From Candidatus Krumholzibacteriales bacterium (GTDB taxonomy: Bacteria; Krumholzibacteriota; Krumholzibacteriia; Krumholzibacteriales; WJIX01), in contig JAWODM010000072.1 in assembly GCA_046483305.1 (NCBI GenBank), positions 1-64,000 of the forward strand: a stretch of 64,000 nucleotides of DNA. The letters are read 5' to 3'. The position numbers and the translations under genes are program-made. Positions within the stretch are counted from its first letter, which is position 1; each line of letters opens with the position of its first letter. Positions 55,023 through 64,000 of this stretch are shown here, piece after piece. The notes under the pieces are model-generated. The model ran no database searches. It had not been told where the DNA came from and worked only from the letters and a program-made list of their open reading frames with translations.

Positions 55023-57564
55023 TCCTGCTTGAATCCTGCCTGTATTTCTCCATCATCTCCATGAAATTATCGCTTAAACTTCTGAAATCCTTATCGCCCG
55101 GATGCCTCTCCAGCCACTTGTCAATATACATACGGCCGCTTTCCGGGCGGCCCATAGCGGTGGATATCTGAAATCCGTATACATAAAGGTCTCTCTCATC
55201 AGGCACATAACTTATAGCCCGGTCAACTACCTCCAGGGCGGCAAGGGGCTGGCCGGACTCCTCATAGACGGTTATCAGGCCGGCGTAATAGGCTCCCGTA
55301 TAGGGATCCTCCTCGATGAGGTCCTTGTAGAACTCTATCGCTTTTCCGGTCTGCCCGTTCCTGTTATAGTACAGCCCCAGGTATTTCCTGGTCCATTCAA
55401 AAGTTTCGTTGAACTTCAGGGAGAGCTCGCCCCATTCTATCGCATCCTCATAGTTCCCCTCGCTCGCCTTTACCTGAGCAATCTGGAAGGCCGCCACAGA
55501 ATAATTGACGAACATGCTTCTGGTATCCTCGGTCTTGTAGATGGAGTTATCCACCTTCCCATCCTCCGTGAGCACTCCCCGGTATTTGAAGAAATCCCTG
55601 AATCCCCTGATCATGGCATATTCGTTCATCAGATGGTCTCCCCTGTAATCCACCAGCCTGCGAACCATCCCCTCCATCTCCAGGTGCTTGCGGTAAGGGT
55701 CCCATATTTCGCTGGGAACGGTTACCGCGAAATATACAGGGCGTTCCCAGATGCTCTCTGTGATAATCTTCCTGACCGCCTGGTCTCTTCTCCAGAATAT
55801 CCCTCCGTTTTTCATTCTCATCGGCCGGAGGTTCCTGATCTCTTCATCAGTCATATCAATGGGGATCCTGGGTTCCTGATCCCGGAGCTGCCTGATGTAC
55901 CAGTTGGTCTCAAGAAGGCTCAGATTGGCCACTCTCACATCTGTCCTGAAATTCTCGACAGTCTGAATATACCACAGAGGGAAGGTATCGTTATCCCCAT
56001 TTGTAAATATAATGGCATCCGGTTCCAGGGGCGCCAGCAGGTTGAAGGCGTAGTCGCGGGCCAGGTAATTCTCGGACCGGTCATGCTTGAACCAGTGATA
56101 CCTGGCCGGAAGAACAGCGCATATTATCAGCAGGACTCCCATGGATAACACGTACCTCCTCACCTTCATCTTCCTCTCCCTGAGATAATCCCGGGCAAGA
56201 ATCAGAAGGGATGTCGCCCCTATCCCTATGAAGATGGAAAAGAAATAGAATGCGCCGCTGTAGAAATAGTCTCTCTCCCTGACTTCATTGTCGCTGAAAT
56301 TAAGGAATACAATCAGGCCGAGCGAATTCAGCAGGAATGAGGTGAACACCAGGAACCAGCTCCTGCGCTCCCTGGAGTAATGGGTTCCGATTCCGTAAAG
56401 GCCCAGCACCAGGGGCACCAGTATGCTTAATTTGCCTATATTCAGGATTCCGATACTGTAATCGCCCCACATCCGGAACTGACTATAGAAGTATTTCCAG
56501 AAATACTTGAACTGGAAGATCCAGCTGGCCTTTCGCTGAAAAACATGCAGCGGGGGATACTGTTCCCTTCTGAGAACGTAGTAGAGGGCCCGCCAGTTTT
56601 CCGGGTCGACCTCATCTATTGCCGGATCGAGCCCGGAGCGTATATACAGGTAGAGATGCACGGATATCCCCAGTATGAAAAGGGCGGTTGCCGAAACCGC
56701 GAACCGGCCCTCAGAGAGCGAGCACCAGATCAGCAGCACCATGAAAATGAGCAGCCCCACCAGGGTAATCATCGAATTCTTGTAAAGGGTCATATCGGCT
56801 ACCAGCACAGCCATCCCGAAAGTAAATACCAGCAGTTCGAAATTACTGATAGCCTTTTCTTTCACCAGCAGCAGAAGTATAAAGACGCCGCCGTAGACCA
56901 GTATGGTTCCAAGGTGGAATCCGATCCCCAGAGAGAGCAGATAGATTATCAGCAGGATCAGATTGCGCGAATGTTTCTTCTTCATCTGCTCCAGCCTGGA
57001 TATCTCCTTCTTCCCCGCCTGTCTGCCCATCTCTCCGGTGATCAGTTCCTTTCTCCCCTTATCCAGAACTCCGGCGGGGTTCTGATACCATTTGAGCGCC
57101 AGTACCACACAGAGGCCCATTACGAAGGCGCTGAGAGCGTAGACTTCCGCCTCGGTTGCGTCCCACCAGTAGGTATCGCTGAAGGTAAGAAACAATGACC
57201 CGGTGACCGGGCCGGCATAGAGAATGAATTTCTTGAGCCCGTCTCTGGCCCCCTTGAACATCAGGCGCACCACGTAGTGCATTACCAGGTAAGCCATCAG
57301 AACTCCCAGGGCGCCGCATAGAGCCGAAAGGAAATTGACCTTCTGGGCAATGCTGATCCCGAGCGGCAGCATGGTGAACACCCTTCCCACCAGGATATAC
57401 ATCGGGGTTCCCGGTGAATGCGGTATTCCAAGGATGTATGACGAAGCTATAAACTCTCCGCTATCCCAGAAAGAGACAGTGGCCGCCATGGTCATTACAT
57501 ATATTATCAGGGCAAGCAGGAAAACCAGGGATGCTACCAGGTAGTTCAGTTTGGTATCAGACAT
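55015..57564 (-). CDS. DUF2723-domain membrane protein (TMEM260-like GT-C) with C-terminal TPR-like repeats
   Basis: TVSFWDSGEFI...LGIPHSPGTP, EAEVY, REQY, VRERDYFY, FTNGDNDTFPLWY, WY; TPR-like helices at the C-terminus. Confidence 0.85.
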   Translation of the reverse strand: MSDTKLNYLVASLVFLLALIIYVMTMAATVSFWDSGEFIASSYILGIPHSPGTPMYILVGRVFTMLPLGISIAQKVNFLSALCGALGVLMAYLVMHYVVRLMFKGARDGLKKFILYAGPVTGSLFLTFSDTYWWDATEAEVYALSAFVMGLCVVLALKWYQNPAGVLDKGRKELITGEMGRQAGKKEISRLEQMKKKHSRNLILLIIYLLSLGIGFHLGTILVYGGVFILLLLVKEKAISNFELLVFTFGMAVLVADMTLYKNSMITLVGLLIFMVLLIWCSLSEGRFAVSATALFILGISVHLYLYIRSGLDPAIDEVDPENWRALYYVLRREQYPPLHVFQRKASWIFQFKYFWKYFYSQFRMWGDYSIGILNIGKLSILVPLVLGLYGIGTHYSRERRSWFLVFTSFLLNSLGLIVFLNFSDNEVRERDYFYSGAFYFFSIFIGIGATSLLILARDYLRERKMKVRRYVLSMGVLLIICAVLPARYHWFKHDRSENYLARDYAFNLLAPLEPDAIIFTNGDNDTFPLWYIQTVENFRTDVRVANLSLLETNWYIRQLRDQEPRIPIDMTDEEIRNLRPMRMKNGGIFWRRDQAVRKIITESIWERPVYFAVTVPSEIWDPYRKHLEMEGMVRRLVDYRGDHLMNEYAMIRGFRDFFKYRGVLTEDGKVDNSIYKTEDTRSMFVNYSVAAFQIAQVKASEGNYEDAIEWGELSLKFNETFEWTRKYLGLYYNRNGQTGKAIEFYKDLIEEDPYTGAYYAGLITVYEESGQPLAALEVVDRAISYVPDERDLYVYGFQISTAMGRPESGRMYIDKWLERHPGDKDFRSLSDNFMEMMEKYRQDSSRND

Positions 57565-57622
57565 TATTCCTTTTTCCTTGTAGCGTACTTGTTTGCAGTA
57601 TCCTTTTGAACTTTATAAAATT

Positions 57623-57651
57623 AAGATAATTCCTGCGTAATTGAAAGTAAA
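57623..57651 (-). promoter_or_regulatory. Internal sigma70-like promoter upstream of the DUF2723 gene
   Basis: TTTACT-17 nt-TATCTT in an AT-rich 93-nt gap; same -35 hexamer as at 51047. Confidence 0.4.
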
Positions 57652-57657
57652 TATTAT

Positions 57658-58617
57658 TCAATTCTGTTTAAGATGCCTCTTGAGGAAAAGAATCCCTCCC
57701 GCGAGACTTACCATAACCATTATAACATAAGTGAGGAATTCTATCAAAAGAGCCTGTTCTCCGGCTATGGAGACCCCGGCGAAGAGAAGGACCCCCGCCC
57801 CCTCTCTGACCCCCAGCCCGTTAATTGATACCGGCAGGATCATGATCAGTCCAAGAAGCGGCACGAAAACGAAAAAGTAAAGCGGCATCAGGCCGGAGAG
57901 GTCCAGCCCCAGCGCTCCGCCGACCACGATGTGAGTCGATACTCTGAGCGACTGTACTACCAGGGCGAGACATGTAACTCTGAACATGACCGGCCTGATA
58001 TTTCTTAATTCGCCCAGCTGATTGAATATAACGGTCATCCTCGAACCTATGTCGAACAGTTCTATCCTCGAGAACAGCCTTCTCACCAGGCGGGAGACCG
58101 GCCTGCTGAAAGTCAATACCGCCGCAGAAATGATAATGCCCCCGAAAATAATAATATACAGATAGAGATTTTCTATCAGGCCCCGGGGCAGCAGGATCAA
58201 AGATGCAGCCAGAGCGACAGCGCATAATCCCAGGATACCGAATATCCGGTCCAGCAGGGTGATCGCTAATACCCTGAATGGGTCGTACCCCTTCCTTGAA
58301 ACATCAAATATCTTGAAGGCATCCCCACCCACATTGGCGGGGAGAAAATTATTGAAGAAAAGGCCTACAAAGTAAAATCTTACCGCGGCCAGGAAGCTTA
58401 TGCGCATATCGCTCTCCTTAAGGAGAATGTACCACTGCAGCGCCCCCAGGATGCTGCTCAGAGAGAAAAGGCCGGCTGCCGCGATAAGCCAGAGCGGATT
58501 TACATTCTTCAAATTGGCCGTGATCTTGCCGGGTGATATCTTCCAGACCAGAAAACTTATCAAACCGAGGCTTACCAGAACCTTCAATGTCTGCAGCAGC
58601 GCTTTCCTTGCCCTCAA
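57658..58617 (-). CDS. Lysylphosphatidylglycerol-synthase TM-domain / flippase-like membrane protein
   Basis: FFNNFLPANVGGD, LDRIFG, PVSINGLGVREG. Confidence 0.85.
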   Translation of the reverse strand: MRARKALLQTLKVLVSLGLISFLVWKISPGKITANLKNVNPLWLIAAAGLFSLSSILGALQWYILLKESDMRISFLAAVRFYFVGLFFNNFLPANVGGDAFKIFDVSRKGYDPFRVLAITLLDRIFGILGLCAVALAASLILLPRGLIENLYLYIIIFGGIIISAAVLTFSRPVSRLVRRLFSRIELFDIGSRMTVIFNQLGELRNIRPVMFRVTCLALVVQSLRVSTHIVVGGALGLDLSGLMPLYFFVFVPLLGLIMILPVSINGLGVREGAGVLLFAGVSIAGEQALLIEFLTYVIMVMVSLAGGILFLKRHLKQN

Positions 58618-58626
58618 AACAGCTCC

Positions 58627-59742
58627 TCAACTCTTTGAATTACTCATGAATTCCCGGATAACAGCCTCAGTTTCCCTGGCGCACCTTTCCCAGGTCAGTT
58701 TACTGACCCTCTCTATCCCTCCCCTGCTTAGTTTCTTCCAGAGCTGTTTATTTCTGATAAGCTCCACCATCCGGTCCGCGAAACTGTTTTCATCACCGTG
58801 CGGCACCAGAAAACCTGTTTCGCCGTGTATTACCGAATCCCTCAGCCCGGGACTGTCACTGGCCACTACCGGCATCCCGCAGGCATTCGCTTCCACCACT
58901 GTCAGCCCCCAGCCCTCCTTGGGACTGGGATTTACCAGCAGGTGAGCCCTGTTCAGAAAATCCACCAGCTCGTCGAAATCGACGTAACCCCTGAACTCGA
59001 CGGTATCCTCAAGGTCCATCTCACGCACCTTATTCTCCAGGGTCTTCCTGTACGGCCCGTCACCGATGATGACAAACCTCAATCCGGGGATTTTTTCCCT
59101 GGCTATCCCGGCCGCGGCAAGCGCTATCTCCACACCCTTGTACTTCCTCAATCTGCCCAGGTGGACCACGGTAGGCTGTTCGAATCTTTCCAGGCCGGCA
59201 TGATAGAACCGGTCATGATCTAGGCCGCAGAGCACCACCCTGATCCTTTCCGGGTCGACCCCCCTCTCTACCAGGTCTTCTCTGGTACTGGGGCTTATCA
59301 CCATGAACAGGCTGTCTTTGAAAACTCCGGGGATGAGCTTTTCGGCCATAACCACATAGGTTCCTATCAGCCGGTTTGTCTCCCGGAAAACCGTGGTTCC
59401 GAAAAGATGCGGAACAACCGGGAGGACCGGAGTGCCGGTATACAGGGGCATGAAGAAAGGTATCTTGTTGATATCCTCCAGGATTACGTCGTATGAATTA
59501 TCCCGGAAATGCTTCCTGGCGAAGATCGGCAGGGTGAAATTAGCGTCAAACCAGTGGCCCCTTCGCATAACCCTTATTCCGTCTATCTCCTTTTCCTTCT
59601 CCCCTCCCGGAAAACCAGCCGAAATCTGGGCCACCTGATGGCCCCATTTTCCCAGGTGCCTGAGTATTTCGTGCAGATGAACCTCCGCTCCGCCAGCCTC
59701 GGGGTTCTCTATATCTCTCCAGTTAACCGCCATGATTTTCAT
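58627..59742 (-). CDS. Glycosyltransferase family 4
   Basis: NWRDIENPEAGGAE, GRLRKYKG, KEGWGLTVVEANACG (EX7E), GETG. Confidence 0.92.
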   Translation of the reverse strand: MKIMAVNWRDIENPEAGGAEVHLHEILRHLGKWGHQVAQISAGFPGGEKEKEIDGIRVMRRGHWFDANFTLPIFARKHFRDNSYDVILEDINKIPFFMPLYTGTPVLPVVPHLFGTTVFRETNRLIGTYVVMAEKLIPGVFKDSLFMVISPSTREDLVERGVDPERIRVVLCGLDHDRFYHAGLERFEQPTVVHLGRLRKYKGVEIALAAAGIAREKIPGLRFVIIGDGPYRKTLENKVREMDLEDTVEFRGYVDFDELVDFLNRAHLLVNPSPKEGWGLTVVEANACGMPVVASDSPGLRDSVIHGETGFLVPHGDENSFADRMVELIRNKQLWKKLSRGGIERVSKLTWERCARETEAVIREFMSNSKS

Positions 59743-59755
59743 TTTGACGTCACCC

Positions 59756-60529
59756 TCACTCTTTCCTTGCTATGGTCCCTATTACCACGGTTGAATACAG
59801 AGCCGCTCTCCTGGAAAGCAGAAAAGTCCTGAGGCCTGAAAATCTGCTTCGGAAGAAGGCAAAGATCCCCGGATTCATCGGAAGCCGGATCCCCATTCCG
59901 GACAGCGCCTTTCGCAACATCCTGAACCATATCGGCGGATTAAGCCACTCGCCGTAACTCCTTACGATACTGAACCGGTGCTTGCGGAGCAGTCCCTCCA
60001 GCTCCCTGACACTGAACTCTGTTTCCCATCCCGCGAACCATTTGCCCATCCATATCAGAACATGCTTCACCAATGTATAATAGTGGTAACGCTGGGGAAC
60101 ATCCACCAGGAGATACCCGCCTTTCTTGAGAACTCTCCTGTGCTCATCTATCATATCCTCCGGATTTCTGAAATGCTCCAGCAGCCCCTGATGAAATACC
60201 AGGTCAAAGGTCTCATCCCCGAAAGGGAGATCAAAGGCATCGCCGCAGCAGAGATAAACCCGGTCCTCCCCCCTGAGCTGATATTTAACCAGATCCAGCG
60301 CCTCTCTGCTGTAATCCAGAGATATTACCGTCGCCCCCATCCTGGAGAAGAGAATTCCATCCCTGCCTGATCCAGAGCCTACCTCAAGAATATTTAATCC
60401 CTCCGGCGAATCGACTTCGCTGAAGTGCCTGGTGACCCTCTGTTCATTATCGTAAACCTGTTCCACGTCAGGCGATCTCTTCCAGAAACGGTCCCAGTGT
60501 TTCTTCTCAGATTTTTTCCTCGCATCCAC
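59756..60529 (-). CDS. Class I SAM-dependent methyltransferase
   Basis: ILEVGSGSG, GDAFDLPF.DETFD, LEH, RVLKKGG. Confidence 0.9.
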   Translation of the reverse strand: MDARKKSEKKHWDRFWKRSPDVEQVYDNEQRVTRHFSEVDSPEGLNILEVGSGSGRDGILFSRMGATVISLDYSREALDLVKYQLRGEDRVYLCCGDAFDLPFGDETFDLVFHQGLLEHFRNPEDMIDEHRRVLKKGGYLLVDVPQRYHYYTLVKHVLIWMGKWFAGWETEFSVRELEGLLRKHRFSIVRSYGEWLNPPIWFRMLRKALSGMGIRLPMNPGIFAFFRSRFSGLRTFLLSRRAALYSTVVIGTIARKE

Positions 60530-60594
60530 AGCCTTAATCCTCTCCCGGGTGGTCAGCCAGATAATAATATTTTACGCGGAAAGAAACGAAAAGT

Positions 60595-61002
60595 TCATTT
60601 TCTGACTTCCGCCGAGACCTTATCCAGGATTCCGTTAACGAATTTGCCGGCCTTTCCGGAGCTGAATTTGTGAGCGATCTCAATCGCTTCGTTGATAATA
60701 ACATTCTTTGGGATAGACTTGAAATATATTAGCTCGGCAATAGCTATACGGAGAATAATAAGGTCTACGAGGGCGAGCCGTTCAAGCTTCCAATTCTTCA
60801 GATTCGATTCAATAATGGAATCGAGCCGCTCCTTCTCCCTGTTTACACTGGCAATAAGCTCCCTGGCGTAATGAACCGGTTCGCCTTCGGATTTTCTTCT
60901 GGCCGCATTATCCTCCAGCGCTTTTTCGCTGTCTTCCCCAGAGAGTTCAACGGCGTAAAGCGTCTGCAGCGCAATTTCCCTGGCTTTTCTCCTGCGGGTC
61001 AA
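60595..61002 (-). CDS. nusB: Transcription antitermination factor NusB
   Basis: RRKAREIALQTLY, W..ERL..VD..ILR, INEAIEIAH.F, FVNGILD. Confidence 0.97.
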   Translation of the reverse strand: MTRRRKAREIALQTLYAVELSGEDSEKALEDNAARRKSEGEPVHYARELIASVNREKERLDSIIESNLKNWKLERLALVDLIILRIAIAELIYFKSIPKNVIINEAIEIAHKFSSGKAGKFVNGILDKVSAEVRK

Positions 61003-61017
61003 TAGCCACTCTCTTTC

Positions 61018-61482
61018 TTACTTCATTCCAGCGAAGAGGTTCACCATCTCCAGAGCTGAAAGGGCGGCCTGCCACCCCTTGTTACCCGCTTTACTCCCCG
61101 CCCTCTCCAGAGCCTGTTCCTGAGTATCAGCTGTAATTACTCCGAAAGAAACCGGCTTGCCGGATCCCATTCCGGCGGCTGAAACATCCTTTACTACCTG
61201 GGAAGCCAGAATATCGAAGTGCGGGGTATCCCCTCTTATCAACGTTCCGATGCATATCACCGCATCCACGTCCGTCTCGGCGACCTTAACTGCCGCCTGG
61301 GGTATCTCGAACGATCCCGGAACCCGGTAGAGAGAGATATCGTCTTCATCCACACCGTGCCGCTTGAGACAATCAACCGCTCCCTTCAGAAGGCTCTCGG
61401 TAACCAGTTCGTTGAAGCGCCCCAGCACTATTCCGAACCGTTTTTCCGCGCCCAGAAGTTTACCGCTTTTTTCCCTGACCAT
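61018..61482 (-). CDS. ribH: 6,7-dimethyl-8-ribityllumazine synthase
   Basis: RFN, VPGSFEIP, IRGDTPHFD, FGVIT, ERAGSKAGNKG; start moved to MVREK. Confidence 0.97.
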   Translation of the reverse strand: MVREKSGKLLGAEKRFGIVLGRFNELVTESLLKGAVDCLKRHGVDEDDISLYRVPGSFEIPQAAVKVAETDVDAVICIGTLIRGDTPHFDILASQVVKDVSAAGMGSGKPVSFGVITADTQEQALERAGSKAGNKGWQAALSALEMVNLFAGMK

Positions 61483-61483
61483 T

Positions 61484-62731
61484 TTATTTCTCCTTTCCTC
61501 CTGTCTGAGAATGTTCTTCGACTTTCCTGAGATTATCAAGCATATGGCCCAGTTTGTCCCTCTTGGTTGTCAGATACCTGATATTCCTCTTATTTGCGGG
61601 AACCTCTATCGGCACCCTTTCCACTATTTCCAGACCGTAAGCATTCAGGCCCACAATCTTCCTGGGATTATTGGTCATCAGCCTTATCTTGTGAAGGCCC
61701 AGGTCGGCCAGTATCTGCGCGCCGGTTCCATAGTCCCTTAGATCGGCCGGGAATCCCAGCTCCTCATTCGCTTCCACCGTATCGGCCCCCCGGTCCTGCA
61801 GATGATAGGCCCGGACCTTGTTAACCAGTCCGATGCCTCTTCCTTCCTGCTGGATGTAGAGTAAAACTCCCGAACCCTCCTCCGCAATCATTTTCATCGA
61901 TTCATGCAGCTGGTCGCCGCAGTCACACCTCAATGAACCGAAAACATCCCCGGTCAGGCACTGCGAGTGAACCCTCACCAGGGCCCCATCCTTTTCCCCG
62001 GGATTTCCCATCACCAGAGCTATGCTCTCCGAGCCGTCCAGCTTCCCCTCATAGGCGTAGAGCTTGAATTCACCGTACTGGGTGGGAAGAGTGGCTTCAG
62101 CTTTCAGATTTACAAGTTTTTCCTTCCTTCGCCGGTATTTAATCAGATCGACTATGGTCAGTATCTTCAGCCCGAACCGCTCCGACAATTTTACCAGTTC
62201 CGGCAGCCTGGCCATACTTCCATCCTCGGCCATTATCTCGCAGAGAACCCCCGCCGGCTTGAGCCCCGCCAGCCTTGCCAGATCAATGGAGGCTTCGGTA
62301 TGCCCGGCTCTTCTGAGCACCCCTCCCTCGGCCGCCTTCAGAGGAAATATATGGCCCGGTTTTGCCAGGTCGGAAGGTCTGGTTTCCGGATCTATCAGCG
62401 CCTTTACCGTGGCAGCCCTGTCGAAGGCGGAGATCCCGGTGGTAGTGCCTTTCCTGGCATCCACCGAAACGGTAAAAGGGGTTCCCAGCCTGGCCGTATT
62501 CCGTTTGACCATCATATCGAGGCCGAGCTCATCTATCCGCTCTTCCAGAAGGGATACGCAGACCAGGCCCCTGGCGTATTTGGAAATAAAATTAATATCT
62601 TCCGCGCCGACCTTCTCGGCGCTCATAATCATATCGCCTTCGTTTTCCCTGTTCTCATCATCAACCACTATCACAATCCTGCCGCTGGAAATTTCTTCCA
62701 GGGCCTCCTCTACCGTACAAAAAGCGTTCAA
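61484..62731 (-). CDS. ribBA: Bifunctional DHBP synthase / GTP cyclohydrolase II
   Basis: [56 protein letters not shown]. Confidence 0.98.
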   Translation of the reverse strand: MNAFCTVEEALEEISSGRIVIVVDDENRENEGDMIMSAEKVGAEDINFISKYARGLVCVSLLEERIDELGLDMMVKRNTARLGTPFTVSVDARKGTTTGISAFDRAATVKALIDPETRPSDLAKPGHIFPLKAAEGGVLRRAGHTEASIDLARLAGLKPAGVLCEIMAEDGSMARLPELVKLSERFGLKILTIVDLIKYRRRKEKLVNLKAEATLPTQYGEFKLYAYEGKLDGSESIALVMGNPGEKDGALVRVHSQCLTGDVFGSLRCDCGDQLHESMKMIAEEGSGVLLYIQQEGRGIGLVNKVRAYHLQDRGADTVEANEELGFPADLRDYGTGAQILADLGLHKIRLMTNNPRKIVGLNAYGLEIVERVPIEVPANKRNIRYLTTKRDKLGHMLDNLRKVEEHSQTGGKEK

Positions 62732-62754
62732 TTTTCTTCACCTCTCAGTAATAA

Positions 62755-63339
62755 TTAATCCCGGCCGGAGGAAGTAAACTGTTTGACATATTTTGCCAGC
62801 ATATCGATCTCTATGTTCACCCTGGAGCCTGGCCTGATACTTTCCAGGCTGGTACTCTTCCAGGTATGAGGAATAATATAAACCTGAAAAGATTTGCCTT
62901 CCAGCCGGGGACCCACCGTCAGGCTTATCCCATCCACCGCGATTGAGCATTTGGGAACCAGATATGAGTGAAGATTCTTCTCGATTTCTATCTCTATCAT
63001 TCCGCCGCTTCTGTCAATTTTCCTTACCAGTCCGGTTCCATCGATATGCCCGGACATCAAATGTCCTCCGATCCTTCCCCCGGCTTGCAACGCCCTTTCA
63101 ACATTTACCTTATCACCGCTCTTGAGAGAGCCCAGATTGGTTACCCTCAATGTTTCGGGCAGGATATCGCAGCTGAATCCATCCCGTTCCAGAGAGCTGA
63201 CCGTCTGGCATACTCCGTTCACTGCCACACTTTCGCCGGTTTCAAAACCGGTACCGGATTCCAGGCGCAGTTTCCCGCCACGGGAATGCCTGCGAAGATA
63301 AATAACTCTGTCCACCTCTTCTACCAGACCGGTAAACAA
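62755..63339 (-). CDS. ribE: Riboflavin synthase
   Basis: A TTG start gives the canonical MFTGLVEE; SVAVNGVCQT, VNVERA, GGHLMSGHIDG, VNIEID..AKY. Confidence 0.96.
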   Translation of the reverse strand: MFTGLVEEVDRVIYLRRHSRGGKLRLESGTGFETGESVAVNGVCQTVSSLERDGFSCDILPETLRVTNLGSLKSGDKVNVERALQAGGRIGGHLMSGHIDGTGLVRKIDRSGGMIEIEIEKNLHSYLVPKCSIAVDGISLTVGPRLEGKSFQVYIIPHTWKSTSLESIRPGSRVNIEIDMLAKYVKQFTSSGRD

Positions 63340-63341
63340 AC

Positions 63342-64000
63342 CTAACCGTCCTTTCTCAATTCGTCGAAATGGCTCTTCACCAGCTCGCTGTAAAACACCG
63401 CCATAACATCCTCTCCTGAGGCCTCTGCCCGCGACAGAGACAGGCCTCCCTCTCTCATCCATTCCGGCTCATCCGGACCGCCGTACCAGGAAAGGCCTAT
63501 TTCCCCGGAGACCCGGGCTGCCGTAAACAGGCAGAAAATATCTACCAGGCCCTCCCGGAGCAGAGAGGTGGATATACCGGCACCTCCCTCCACCAGAACG
63601 GACGATAACCCTTTACGGCTGATATCATCCCGCCAGGCTTCGAGGTCCAGTCCGCTATCGTCGCCGGGCAGCGGGATTACTTCTGCGCCCTGTTTTTCCA
63701 ACCGGGAAACACCATCAGGGAGAGGATCCCGGCGGCAGTATACAAGCACTCTCCGTCCATCCTCAAACCAGCGCGAGTCCGCGGGGAATCTTAAATCAGA
63801 ATCGAATACCATCCGAACAGGGGGGCTCAAATCTTCCGACCAGTAACGCCGGTCCAGGGAGGGATCATCGGACAGTACCGTGCCAATCCCCACCGCAACC
63901 GCCTCATGATAGCTTCGCAGGTAATGCACCCGCTTTCTTGATTGACCGGAAGTAAACCACCCGCCGCCCGGCACCGTCAGCTTCCCGTCAAGTGTCATCG
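63342..64000 (-). CDS. ribD: RibD reductase domain (5' end outside the window)
   Basis: MTLDGK, VHYLR...AVAVGIGTVLSDDP.L, SVLVEGGA; lies directly upstream of ribE. Confidence 0.92.
   Translation of the reverse strand, partial: MTLDGKLTVPGGGWFTSGQSRKRVHYLRSYHEAVAVGIGTVLSDDPSLDRRYWSEDLSPPVRMVFDSDLRFPADSRWFEDGRRVLVYCRRDPLPDGVSRLEKQGAEVIPLPGDDSGLDLEAWRDDISRKGLSSVLVEGGAGISTSLLREGLVDIFCLFTAARVSGEIGLSWYGGPDEPEWMREGGLSLSRAEASGEDVMAVFYSELVKSHFDELRKDG

Noticed and set aside
55102..57198. Long plus-strand ORFs (348 aa and 217 aa) opposite the DUF2723 gene
   Set aside because: They are antisense shadows of a well-supported gene and have no motifs. The same applies to 1264-1998, 20690-21631, 26366-27106, 42549-43370, 53251-54027 and 61967-62777.
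63342..64000. FMN riboswitch for the rib operon
   Set aside because: The 5' end of the operon is outside the window, so this cannot be assessed.
1..64000. CRISPR arrays, tRNA/rRNA genes, transposases, integrases, prophage or defence genes
   Set aside because: I saw no repeat-spacer arrays, cloverleaf or rRNA signatures, or mobile-element motifs; the gaps are short and largely explained by promoters.

Overview
A gene-dense bacterial chromosomal segment read almost entirely on the minus strand; rpmB and one orphan ORF are the only credible plus-strand genes. In transcription order (right to left) it holds: (1) the 3' part of a riboflavin operon, ribD-ribE-ribBA-ribH-nusB; (2) a ~24 kb cell-surface glycosylation locus (36.7-60.5 kb) with GT2/GT4 enzymes, two polyprenyl-phosphate glycosyltransferases, three GT-C-type membrane proteins (DUF2723/TMEM260-like with TPRs, YfhO-like, ArnT/PMT-like), two flippase-like proteins, nucleotide-sugar enzymes, a GNAT, a methyltransferase and an embedded PorZ-like protein with a T9SS-type C-terminal domain; (3) a dcw cluster from mraZ to ftsZ that has MraZ boxes, lacks murB and ddl, and is extended by a TPR protein and a radical SAM enzyme; (4) rpmB and recG; (5) a signalling-rich stretch with a zinc-ribbon protein, an RsbW-like kinase, a PH/GRAM-like protein, an MglA-type GTPase with an acidic tail, a single-domain receiver and a TPR protein, including two sigma54-type promoters; (6) Wzi-like, DGGGP-synthase-like UbiA, uppP, metallophosphoesterase, flavodoxin-like and GH31 genes. 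The gene content suggests a diderm of the FCB superphylum, perhaps a Krumholzibacteriota/Latescibacterota-like lineage; this is inference only. I saw no rRNA, tRNA, CRISPR array or mobile element. All family calls come from reading motifs by eye, not from database searches.
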